From assembly GCA_030698395.1 (NCBI GenBank), contig JAUYKW010000027.1, positions 3,174 through 67,173 on the forward strand: a stretch of DNA of 64,000 nt. Reading direction: 5' to 3'. Below the pieces are notes generated by a model. That model was not told the origin of the DNA. It ran no database searches and was given only the letters and a program-made list of their open reading frames with translations. The position numbers and the translations under genes are program-made. Origin of the DNA: a bacterium (lineage in GTDB: Bacteria > Patescibacteriota > Patescibacteriia > UBA9570). Positions 39,822 through 49,436 of this stretch are shown piece after piece; the stretch's first letter is position 1, and every line of letters starts with the position of its first letter.

Positions 39822-40234
39822 TTTTTTACAGGCTTTTTAGCTCCACTTGATTTCTTTGATGCTGTTTTTTTTGCTACAATTTTCTTTGCAGATGTTGATC
39901 CTTTCTTCAATTCTTTATTAACATCTGCCCAGTGACTTTTTAAATCTTTTTTTAAAGAAGTAACTGTAGTTTCCGCAACTTTCTTCTTCTCTGCATATTC
40001 ATCAACAATTTGATCAACAATTTCATCATATTTTTTCTTTGACATATCTCTTGCCTTACTAACCTTATGCGATATATCTTTTGATAATTCTGATGCCGTC
40101 TGCTTTATCTTAACTGCAGCTTTTTTCCCTTGTTTTGTTTGCGTAAAAAAATAAGTAGCTGCTCCTGCTGCTAGCAATGCTCCAACTGCGGTACCTGCTG
40201 CAACTTTAACTTTCTTTTGAATATTGTGTCCCAT
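39818..40234 (-). CDS. Basic protein with N-terminal hydrophobic anchor and helical body (YtxH-like)
   Basis: AAGTAVGALLAAGAATYFF..QGKK pattern; Lys-rich tail. Confidence 0.6.
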   Translation of the reverse strand: MGHNIQKKVKVAAGTAVGALLAAGAATYFFTQTKQGKKAAVKIKQTASELSKDISHKVSKARDMSKKKYDEIVDQIVDEYAEKKKVAETTVTSLKKDLKSHWADVNKELKKGSTSAKKIVAKKTASKKSSGAKKPVKK

Positions 40235-40273
40235 ATTTTTTTTACTTAAATGTATTAATATAAGTAATGATAG

Positions 40274-41620
40274 CTAAAGTTCAACTTCCTGTCCATATTC
40301 TGGAACATCAGTAATAACACCTAATGTTTTTGTAATAGTGTCTGCCAACTCTAACGCACCTGCTTCCTCACCATGGGTTAGCCAAATTTTAGATATTTCT
40401 GGCTTATTATGAGTTAACCACTTCATAAGCTGATCTTTATCAGCATGAGCAGAATATGCACCGATTGGTCGGATTTTTGCTTTAACAGTATATTCCTGTT
40501 TTTCGATCACAACTACTTTTTCTCCATCTAATAACTTTCTACCTAAAGATCCTTCTACCTGATATCCAATGATTAATATTTGAGTTTTATAATCAGATAA
40601 GTATCGTTTCAAATGATGTCTTATTCTTCCTCCCTGCATCATACCTGACGCAGCCATTATTATTTTTGGTGCTTTTACATTGTTAATTTTTATTGAATCC
40701 TTTACTGTCTCCGTCATTTGTAAACCGGGAAAATCAAATAAATCATCACCGGAATCTAGCAAATATTTAGCTTCTTTGTTGAAGAGATGATTATATTTTG
40801 GATACAGTCGAGTTGCTTTGATTGCTAACGGGCTGTCTACAAATATTGGCACTTTTGGAATATCCTCATTTTCTACTAAACTGTTTAATTCATATAGAAC
40901 TTCCTGGGTACGCTCTAAAGAAAATGCTGGTATTAATAATACACCACCCATTGTTATAGTCTCGTATATCGCTGATTTTAATAATAGTGATCTATCTCTG
41001 GAGGCTTCATGCTTTCTTGCTCCATAAGTTGATTCCATAACCACATAATCCACTTGTTCCAAGTACTCAGTTTCTTTTAACAACGGAACTGGTGGATTCC
41101 CTATATCGCCTGAAAAAACTATAGTCTTACCGCCAGCAGTAATATATATAGATGAAGATCCCAAAATGTGTCCAGCGTCATAAAACTCTAAACTAAAGGG
41201 TCCTAAACTAATTTTTTGATGATATTCAACGCCTTGGAATTTTTGTACCGTGCTAATGACATCTTCTTCATCATACAACGGTTCATGTCCATGTTCCTCT
41301 GCCTCCGACTGAATAACGTGCACGCTATCACCTAACATCAACTCAATAAAAGATAGTGTTGCATGCGTAGCTACAATTTCTCCATTAAAACCCTCCTTTA
41401 CTAACTTAGGGACTCTACCACAATGATCAACATGCGCATGTGTGATAGCTATATAATCAACATCTTTTGGATCGAATGGAAATGGCGCTAAATTATCTTT
41501 TTCTGAAAAATGAGCGCCTTGTATCATTCCACAATCAATTAATAATTTAGAACCTTCATGTTCTAGTAAGTAGCAAGATCCTGTTACCATTCGGCATGCG
41601 CCAAAAAAAGATAATTTCAT
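40274..41620 (-). CDS. MBL-fold beta-CASP ribonuclease
   Basis: THAHVDHCGR, AGHILGS, SGDIG, MESTYG, SGMMQGGR, YSAHAD. Confidence 0.93.
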   Translation of the reverse strand: MKLSFFGACRMVTGSCYLLEHEGSKLLIDCGMIQGAHFSEKDNLAPFPFDPKDVDYIAITHAHVDHCGRVPKLVKEGFNGEIVATHATLSFIELMLGDSVHVIQSEAEEHGHEPLYDEEDVISTVQKFQGVEYHQKISLGPFSLEFYDAGHILGSSSIYITAGGKTIVFSGDIGNPPVPLLKETEYLEQVDYVVMESTYGARKHEASRDRSLLLKSAIYETITMGGVLLIPAFSLERTQEVLYELNSLVENEDIPKVPIFVDSPLAIKATRLYPKYNHLFNKEAKYLLDSGDDLFDFPGLQMTETVKDSIKINNVKAPKIIMAASGMMQGGRIRHHLKRYLSDYKTQILIIGYQVEGSLGRKLLDGEKVVVIEKQEYTVKAKIRPIGAYSAHADKDQLMKWLTHNKPEISKIWLTHGEEAGALELADTITKTLGVITDVPEYGQEVEL

Positions 41621-42180
41621 ATTTGTTGTGATAAATATTTACAAAACTTTCTAACTGCTTTTGATCTGTGATCATATTGTTGTTTTTCTGCAATGGTCAT
41701 TTCAGCAAATGTTCTAGTATCTCCAGCAGGAATAAAGATATTATCATACGGCATTTTATACTTAATTTTTCCCCGAACACGATTCGTCAACTTCCCAGTA
41801 ACTTTTCCACTAAATAACATAGGTTCAGATCTTGCAGATTTTTTATATGCAATATAACTCGCAAAAAAAGCTGATTGATTATTCTTTATTAATTTTAATA
41901 ACCCTGAAAACCCCAAGCTTGCAAACATAAATCTAGAATAAACACCTGGAAAATGTTTATAACCTTTAAAAAAAATACCAGCATCATCAACTATCACTGG
42001 TTTTTTAACTATCTTATATGCTTGCTCAATTTTATCTTTTATAACCTCTTCCAAACTATCAGCTTGAATTTCTGGAATATCAAACGAACGACTAACCAAC
42101 TTAATATTATATTCAGCTAATGCTGATCCAATTTCCTCTAATTTACGAGGATTACTGGTAACCAGAGTAATCTCCTTCAT
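41617..42180 (-). CDS. Ham1/RdgB non-canonical purine NTP pyrophosphatase
   Basis: TSNPRKLEE, EIQ, VDDAG, FPGVYS, YDNIF, HR. Confidence 0.88.
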   Translation of the reverse strand: MKEITLVTSNPRKLEEIGSALAEYNIKLVSRSFDIPEIQADSLEEVIKDKIEQAYKIVKKPVIVDDAGIFFKGYKHFPGVYSRFMFASLGFSGLLKLIKNNQSAFFASYIAYKKSARSEPMLFSGKVTGKLTNRVRGKIKYKMPYDNIFIPAGDTRTFAEMTIAEKQQYDHRSKAVRKFCKYLSQQI

Positions 42181-42184
42181 GAAT

Positions 42185-42955
42185 TTAATAAAACTGCTTC
42201 GAGCAGATTTGACAAAATCCTAAAGGCACCCGATTTTCTCCTAAACCAATATTATATTGACGATACTTCTTACCTTTAAAATATACAATATGAGTAGAAC
42301 GATGTGATTGCTTAATAACTACAGACTCTCCTTTATCAATGCGGAGAAATTTTTTCGCATTATCTGCTACTACCAGACCAGGACCTCGATTTACTTTCAC
42401 TTTAACTTCCGTATCTGATGCTATAACTAAGTGCCCTATAATATTTACAGTATTATTAAAAGCAACACCTAAACCTTCTTGAAAAGTACTTTGTGTTACG
42501 CTCTGATAATAACCAGTGCTACCAAGTGGTGTGGCCACAATTAATCCATCTCCTAAGTATTCACCGCCATATGGTTCGCCGTTCAAGGATACACTATACC
42601 TTAAGCTAGTATTGATTGTAGCGTGACCAACGATAATATCGTTTAAGCCATATAAAATTGAACCTTTACTAGCAGCTTCCAATAACGGATGCTCTCTTAA
42701 ATAATACTTACCTCTACTAAGTAAACTTAAGATTGTTTCACGAGTAACCCTTGCACAATTGTGACACACTCTACTGTGTCTAATCATTACCTTTGGTACT
42801 CCCGGATATTCCCGCTCAGCATACAATAAAGTTCCATCTCCACCGTAGCACAAAATAAAATCAGGATTACTTTTTACAATCTTAATATTAGAAAACTTAT
42901 TCCTAATTATTTTACCAAGTTCTTTACCCTCTAATCCTGTAATTATTACACGCAT
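42185..42955 (-). CDS. NAD kinase-family protein with two CxxC motifs
   Basis: GGDGTLL, LNDI, GDGLIVATPLGSTGY. Confidence 0.88.
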   Translation of the reverse strand: MRVIITGLEGKELGKIIRNKFSNIKIVKSNPDFILCYGGDGTLLYAEREYPGVPKVMIRHSRVCHNCARVTRETILSLLSRGKYYLREHPLLEAASKGSILYGLNDIIVGHATINTSLRYSVSLNGEPYGGEYLGDGLIVATPLGSTGYYQSVTQSTFQEGLGVAFNNTVNIIGHLVIASDTEVKVKVNRGPGLVVADNAKKFLRIDKGESVVIKQSHRSTHIVYFKGKKYRQYNIGLGENRVPLGFCQICSKQFY

Positions 42956-42979
42956 AGTAGAGTTAGTATATCATTATTA

Positions 42980-44131
42980 TTAATATTTTTCTATAAACTC
43001 TGTCATTCGTTTTAAAGCCTCTTGAACATTCTCCAATGAACTTGCAAATGATAATCGAACAAAACTATCACGACCAAAATACTTTCCAGGAACCAATGCA
43101 ACGCCAAATTCAGTTAATAAAGTCTCACAAAAAATTTCTGAATCTTCAGTGATCTCGCTAATGTCAAGAAAACAATAAAAAGCTCCAGCGGGATCCGTTA
43201 ATGAAATTTTATTATTTGCATCTACCCATTCAATAACTACTTTGCGCCGACGTGCCAATTCAAGCAAGATGTTATCCAAAGAATCTGGCTTCATATTCAA
43301 CGCAGGCAAACTGGCAAACTGAGCTATGTTACATACATTTCCCGTTAGATGAGATTGCAACACTGTCATCGCATCAATAACGTTCTCAGGTCCAGCTGCA
43401 AAACCAACTCTCCATCCTGTCATTGATCCTGATTTAGATACACCATTTATTACAATAGTTCTTTCTGGATATATTTTTGCAAATGATATGAATTTTGAAT
43501 CATCATAAAGTAACTTGCTATATATTTCATCGCTAATAACCCAAAGATTGTGTTCACGTGCAAAATCAGCAATTTTTTCTAACTGTTCCAAATCGTAAAC
43601 TGCCCCTGTAGGATTATTTGGGTAATTTAATATGATACCGACAGTTTTTTCTGTTACAGCAGTATTAAAAGCATCAATGTCTAACTGAAAATCATCTGTG
43701 GTCTCTACTGCTATTACTACACCATCTGCTAACTTAATTTGCTGAGAATAACTTACCCATCCTGGTACAGGTACCAAGACCTCGTCTTCCGAATTAATTA
43801 ACACTTGCAAACAACTATATAATGCTTGCTTTGCACCATTTGTAATAATAATCTGGTTATCGTTGAAATCTAAATCGTAATTATTAGATAAAAAATTACA
43901 CACAGCAGAACGAACCTGAGGTAATCCCTGTGGTTTTGAATAATGATTATTATTTGCATCTATCGCATCCTTAGCAGCGTCTAGTACTTCATTTGATGTT
44001 TCAAAATCAAGCTCTCCAGCTGTAAGATTTATCACATCTTGCCCCTGCTGTGCCAAATCTTTTGCTAGAGAATCCAAAAGAATTGTCTGTGACGCCTTAA
44101 TACCAGTGATCCGGCCGGCTGGCTTAATCAT
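42980..44131 (-). CDS. PLP-dependent aminotransferase class I/II (aspartate aminotransferase-like)
   Basis: GAKQAL, PNNPTG, SDEIY, GVSKSGSMTGWRVG; start is ATG 44131 or GTG 44143. Confidence 0.93.
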   Translation of the reverse strand: MIKPAGRITGIKASQTILLDSLAKDLAQQGQDVINLTAGELDFETSNEVLDAAKDAIDANNNHYSKPQGLPQVRSAVCNFLSNNYDLDFNDNQIIITNGAKQALYSCLQVLINSEDEVLVPVPGWVSYSQQIKLADGVVIAVETTDDFQLDIDAFNTAVTEKTVGIILNYPNNPTGAVYDLEQLEKIADFAREHNLWVISDEIYSKLLYDDSKFISFAKIYPERTIVINGVSKSGSMTGWRVGFAAGPENVIDAMTVLQSHLTGNVCNIAQFASLPALNMKPDSLDNILLELARRRKVVIEWVDANNKISLTDPAGAFYCFLDISEITEDSEIFCETLLTEFGVALVPGKYFGRDSFVRLSFASSLENVQEALKRMTEFIEKY

Positions 44132-45728
44132 AAAGCTCTTCACGCTTTTCTCGGATATAACCTAACCAATCCTCAAATACTTCTATAATTAATTTAAATG
44201 GTGCTTCGATAATAACATCTAATATAAATACAAATACATTTATCTTTGAAAAATTTACCGACAACCAATGTCCTGCTCTGATAACTGGAATTGCAAAAAA
44301 ATCTATTGTAGCGCTAATAATATTATCCTTCCTATCAACCACTACTAGATCTTTCGCTAACTGCCTTACTCTGAAGCCAAAAAAGCTTACGAGAGTTAAG
44401 AATAATACAAATAGCAACATACCAAGCCAGTTAAACCCAATCATGAATAACAATAATAAAATTCCACCGAATGTCACGAAATAAGCCAAAACGTAAAAGA
44501 GTTTAAATAGCAAACTCGTAAACCCACTTCGAGCAGCTTTTGGTTTAACCTGGTATTTAATATCCTTATCCGGATAACTATATATCAAGTCTTTTACACC
44601 CTCCTTGATTTTTTCTGTATTTTCTTTTGCAGGTATGTGTACAACTAAAGCAATGATGAATAAGAGTGTTGGATGGAAAATTACATTTATCGCAATTGGA
44701 ATGTAATTGAGATGACCAAGAATAAATAGATCATAAGGTAATTCAATTATCAAAGCCAACATCATTTTTGTAATTATAATATATATAATACTCCTAATAC
44801 TAGTTCTTCTTAATTTAGATTTTACTGTTTTATACTTTTCCGTTGCAGCTTCTTCTACTTCATCTTCTAATCTTTCTACATCTTGCAATAAGTCTAATGG
44901 ATCATCATGTTTAGAAAGAACATCAGCTAAAATAAGGAATAAAATATTTACCTTTTTCAATTGTCTAATCAACCGATCTTGTAATGGATGATTAATTTGT
45001 TTTTCAATTGTTGCCTTAACGTTTAGAACATTTTTCGCTACTCGATTTATGGTATCTTCTTTATTATCTTTCCAGTCAGGATAAAAATATTTCAACAAAT
45101 GATAACTAGTCAAATCAAAATCATATTGAGCATAGGTTCGTAATGTTGCAGAATAAATCTGTACCTTCCGCTCATCTGCAGTAATATTTTTTGATTTAAT
45201 TTCAACTCTTTCCAACATAGTAAGGTAAACAAATTCAAGCATACCTTGTTTTTGCCAAGAAAATGAAAGTAAATCTTCCAATTCGCAAGCTAACATTGTA
45301 AGAGTCCAATCAAATACCCCTTCTCGTTGTTCTTGTTCTAATGGCGGAATAGCCTTATTAAGAAACCTTGCATACTTGGTTATAACTTTTGTTACATCAT
45401 CAACGATAGATTCTGGATATGAATTATTCTGGATATACCCTCCTCTAATTAATTCTGATAGTAAGGGTCCTGAAATCAATGCTGGATCTTCCCCTGGAAT
45501 AAATTTTCTACGTAATATTCTCTCTATTGCAGATTTAATAATCAAATTCTCTTCTTGATAATCAACTGAATTTCTAATTTTCTCATAAAAAAAAGCCAAC
45601 CTACCAATAGCCTCACTTATCTTTAGCTTTGATACGTTTACACGAGCTTCCTCCTCGTGTGTTTCTTTATTGTAGCTTTTTATAAGCCTTTGTACTGCTA
45701 CTGGAACAGTGTAATGAGTATCTGACAT
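44124..45728 (-). CDS. Hypothetical membrane protein (large helical N-terminal domain plus about 4-5 C-terminal TMs)
   Basis: 534-aa ORF with its own extended -10 element; no recognisable catalytic motif. Confidence 0.75.
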   Translation of the reverse strand: MSDTHYTVPVAVQRLIKSYNKETHEEEARVNVSKLKISEAIGRLAFFYEKIRNSVDYQEENLIIKSAIERILRRKFIPGEDPALISGPLLSELIRGGYIQNNSYPESIVDDVTKVITKYARFLNKAIPPLEQEQREGVFDWTLTMLACELEDLLSFSWQKQGMLEFVYLTMLERVEIKSKNITADERKVQIYSATLRTYAQYDFDLTSYHLLKYFYPDWKDNKEDTINRVAKNVLNVKATIEKQINHPLQDRLIRQLKKVNILFLILADVLSKHDDPLDLLQDVERLEDEVEEAATEKYKTVKSKLRRTSIRSIIYIIITKMMLALIIELPYDLFILGHLNYIPIAINVIFHPTLLFIIALVVHIPAKENTEKIKEGVKDLIYSYPDKDIKYQVKPKAARSGFTSLLFKLFYVLAYFVTFGGILLLLFMIGFNWLGMLLFVLFLTLVSFFGFRVRQLAKDLVVVDRKDNIISATIDFFAIPVIRAGHWLSVNFSKINVFVFILDVIIEAPFKLIIEVFEDWLGYIREKREELYD

Positions 45729-45785
45729 TGTTATATCATAGCATTTTTAAAGCATTTTGTCCAGTTTAAAGCCTATTAAGCCTAT

Positions 45786-48700
45786 TTATTGGCATTTTTT
45801 TATAATTTTATCCAGCATTTTTTTTCTAGATTCATTCCAAGATAACAACACTGGAAATACTAATAGCGTACCTAATGTAGAGAAAATTAATCCCGCAATT
45901 AAACTAGTTCCTAAGCCTCTCCAAAAAAGATCATTGAGTGTAAGTGGTAAAATACCAAATACTGTCGTAATAGAAGTTGATAAAATTGGTTTGAATCTCG
46001 CTTTTCCAGTTTCTATCATTGATTTAGTAGTAGACCACTTCTCATTCTTTGCACTTATTCTATTAAAATAATCAACAAAAACAATTGCATCATTAACCAC
46101 AATTCCAACCAAAGCGATGATGCCTAAACCGGAAACCATATTTATTGATTCGTTGATAAAACTCAAGGCTGGAAATACACCAATCATTGCTAATGGAATC
46201 GTAAATAATATTAATCCTGGTTGGATGAAAGAGTTAAATTGATACACCAAAATCAAATACACAGCTATAACAGCTATAATAAAAACTAATAATAAATTAT
46301 TATAATTTTCATTCATAGATGCTGTGAATCCGCCATATGAAACATCTTCAGCTGACAAATTAAACTCTTCTAAATGTTCTTCAGTTAAGTAATCTTTTAC
46401 TAATTGTTCTATATCTTTTGAATCTGTATCATCTGACACTCGAGCGGACACCTTCGCAACTCGTAACTCATCTAATCTTTGAATTTGTTGCAAACTTTCT
46501 ACCTCAGTAATATCTGCTACCTTATCTAAGGTTACATCTTCTAGCGGCGTAGAAAAAAGCACTAACTCACGAGCATCCGCCAAAGAATTTTTTGATTCTT
46601 CATCTAATGCAAGAATTACATCATCTGAAACTCCGTCAGTTCCTATGCTAATTTTGCCAACTTGCGTTTCACTAAAAGCCAGATTCACCATCATACTTAC
46701 ACTCGCATTATCTAGATTGTATTTCTCTAACTCTTCTTCATTAAAATCTATTTCGTAATCAGTCATCATGGCGTCACTCCAAGAATTTTTAACCTGTACA
46801 ACGCCCATTTCATTTTCTAAAAACTCAGTTAAATCCGCAGAAGCATCTGTAAGACCATCCATATCATCCCCTCGTAATTCAACAATGACATCAAAAGGAT
46901 CTGTCGGTGGTCCAATCGACACGGATTCTGCAGTAACGACTATCCCCTGTTCTGCTAGAGATTTTGTTACGCTAGCAATCTCCTCTTCTAATTTATCGCC
47001 CAGAGCATAAATATCTGGACCATCTGGTCTATTGGTTGGTTCACTAAATATAACGGATACGCTATTTTCTTCATATATAAAATAACTATGAAAATGTTCC
47101 GTGCCAACTGCTTTATCTAAAACGGAAATAGTCGCAGCCTTTTTTTCATCAGCTGAAATTTGCTTAGGAAAATCAAAATTTAATTTAACTTCCACATTAT
47201 CAACTTTTGGAAATTGTTCGAACGGTAACTCCTGGCCAAAACTTAATACACTTACAGCAATTAACGTAACGCCAGTTAATACCAACATTGCTTTAGTCCA
47301 CCACTTGGCAAAAAGATGCGTAATAATTAAGCCATAAATATCTTCAAGGAAATCAACCAATTTTTGACCATAAAATATAATTACTGGAAGCACAAACATT
47401 TTTTGCAGAACAGACAACTTTCGTTTCTTCCTTTGCTCCTTAGTTTCTTCCTTCATCAAAAAAATGGACAATACCGGTGTTATGGTAATAGCCAAGAAAA
47501 ATGATGCTATCAACATTATTATGATGGTATAAGGAATGAATCGTAAAAACGCACCAACAACTCCTGAAATATTAGCAAAAGGTATAAACACTACGAGTGT
47601 TGTTAAAGTAGCTGCAGTTACCGGCGGACCAAGCTCTTTCATAGCAGAAGCTACTGCCAACTTCTTATTTTGGCCATTTTCTATATTATGAGTTACTCCT
47701 TCAGCAATAACAATTGCATTATCTACAATAATTCCTAATACCAATAACATTGCAAACAAAGTAAGAATGTTTATCGTATATCCTAAGGCGAATAAAGCTG
47801 CTAGCGTAATCAAAAATGCTAGCGGAATAATCGTAGCCACGATAATACCAGTTCGGAAATTAATAAACAGCATCAGAACTAACAGAATCAAAAATAAACC
47901 ATACCAACCATTTGTAAGTAAGTCACCTATTTGTTTTTCAACATATTTAGAGTTATCAAATACAGGTGCTAAATCTACATTATTTGGTAATATCTTATCT
48001 GCATTAATATGTTCCGCTTCCGCTGCAATATCTTCAGAAATACTTATTGCATCACCTTTATCACCCGTATAAATTATTAACATTACCGCCGATTTTGACT
48101 CCGGTATATCATTGAGTAAATATCCAGCATGATTTACTTGATCCTCATCGTAAGTTCTCATGCTAATTGAAGCGATATCCGATAATACAACATCCTGAAT
48201 TTGGACATCTTCAAAATCTGACAATTTTGTTACATTTGATGTAAAAATTAAGTTCATGTCCTGACCATCATCTACCGCAAGAACACCACCTGGAATACTC
48301 AATAAGGTAGATTGTAATACTTGTTGAACCTCAGTCAATGTTAAACCCTTGTCCTTTAATTTCTCTTCATTTAGAGCAATGACAATTTCATTCTTTATTT
48401 CAGGCGATATATCAATTTTATCTATACCAGCTGAGGCGGTTAAAAAATGTTCTCTAACAAGCTCTGCTTCGTTCTGTAATTCCGAAATATTTGTAGTGTC
48501 ACTACCAAGCGCATAGATTAGCAAAGGGCCGATGGGATCCTCAGTCTTTACCTCAATCTTGGCATCACTAGTTAATCCAATTTCTTTTATATTCTTTTCG
48601 ATCTCGTCAATAGCCACATCTACCTGATCCACCTCTTGCATTTCAACTCCTAACCAACCACCATTATCATATGAAATTGATCTTAAATATTTTAGTCCAT

Positions 48701-48929
48701 CTAAATCCCCAATAGATTGCTCAATAGGTATTACAACTTCTTTTTCAACATCATTAGAAGCAGCTTGCGGATATGTTACATATATTGAGATGTAATTAGA
48801 TGATATTTGCGGAAAATCCTGACGATAGTTATTTGTAGCACCAAAAATACCAACTGCAATTATTGCAATAACTAATAATATTGTTGTTTTGTATCGATTA
48901 ATAAAAAAATTTGACCACTTTCCAATCAT
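45786..48929 (-). CDS. RND-family (AcrB-like) transporter
   Basis: 1047 aa, 1+5+1+5 TM pattern, GIIVDNAIVI, GIVVNDAIV, RFKPILSTSITT. Confidence 0.93.
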   Translation of the reverse strand: MIGKWSNFFINRYKTTILLVIAIIAVGIFGATNNYRQDFPQISSNYISIYVTYPQAASNDVEKEVVIPIEQSIGDLDGLKYLRSISYDNGGWLGVEMQEVDQVDVAIDEIEKNIKEIGLTSDAKIEVKTEDPIGPLLIYALGSDTTNISELQNEAELVREHFLTASAGIDKIDISPEIKNEIVIALNEEKLKDKGLTLTEVQQVLQSTLLSIPGGVLAVDDGQDMNLIFTSNVTKLSDFEDVQIQDVVLSDIASISMRTYDEDQVNHAGYLLNDIPESKSAVMLIIYTGDKGDAISISEDIAAEAEHINADKILPNNVDLAPVFDNSKYVEKQIGDLLTNGWYGLFLILLVLMLFINFRTGIIVATIIPLAFLITLAALFALGYTINILTLFAMLLVLGIIVDNAIVIAEGVTHNIENGQNKKLAVASAMKELGPPVTAATLTTLVVFIPFANISGVVGAFLRFIPYTIIIMLIASFFLAITITPVLSIFLMKEETKEQRKKRKLSVLQKMFVLPVIIFYGQKLVDFLEDIYGLIITHLFAKWWTKAMLVLTGVTLIAVSVLSFGQELPFEQFPKVDNVEVKLNFDFPKQISADEKKAATISVLDKAVGTEHFHSYFIYEENSVSVIFSEPTNRPDGPDIYALGDKLEEEIASVTKSLAEQGIVVTAESVSIGPPTDPFDVIVELRGDDMDGLTDASADLTEFLENEMGVVQVKNSWSDAMMTDYEIDFNEEELEKYNLDNASVSMMVNLAFSETQVGKISIGTDGVSDDVILALDEESKNSLADARELVLFSTPLEDVTLDKVADITEVESLQQIQRLDELRVAKVSARVSDDTDSKDIEQLVKDYLTEEHLEEFNLSAEDVSYGGFTASMNENYNNLLLVFIIAVIAVYLILVYQFNSFIQPGLILFTIPLAMIGVFPALSFINESINMVSGLGIIALVGIVVNDAIVFVDYFNRISAKNEKWSTTKSMIETGKARFKPILSTSITTVFGILPLTLNDLFWRGLGTSLIAGLIFSTLGTLLVFPVLLSWNESRKKMLDKIIKKCQ

Positions 48930-48940
48930 ATTGCAAACAC

Positions 48941-49396
48941 CTACGTTAGCTCTTCAACTTGATCAATATAATGCCAGATGATTTCAAGATGATCAAAGGC
49001 AATCTCTTTTTCTGATGGTAATTTATTAATATCAAACCATTTAACTTCAGAAACTTCTTCGGAATCTGGTTCAGAAACTTTTTTGATAAGTTTAATTACA
49101 AAAGCAAATGAAATATTTTGTCGATCATCAGATTTTCTATTTGGCTTATCTATGATTGTTAACAAATCCTCTACTACGCTAGTATAGCCAACTTCTTCTA
49201 ATACTTCACGCATTACTGCTTCTGATGTTGTTTCACCGTGTTCAACAAAACCACCAGGCAAAGACCATTTTCCATTCTCGCGCAATTTATCTGCACGTTT
49301 TGTGAGTAGGATTTTATTTTTATCTATAATTACAGCATCAACAACTGCGTGTCTAAGCTGAGCAATATCCCCTTTTTCGAATTTACATTCAATCAT
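48941..49396 (-). CDS. NUDIX hydrolase
   Basis: PGGFVEHGETTSEAVMREVLEEVG Nudix box; AFDH. Confidence 0.93.
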   Translation of the reverse strand: MIECKFEKGDIAQLRHAVVDAVIIDKNKILLTKRADKLRENGKWSLPGGFVEHGETTSEAVMREVLEEVGYTSVVEDLLTIIDKPNRKSDDRQNISFAFVIKLIKKVSEPDSEEVSEVKWFDINKLPSEKEIAFDHLEIIWHYIDQVEELT

Positions 49397-49436
49397 ACCG
49401 CGCTATTCTAACACAGTCGTATATTTTTTCCTATGC

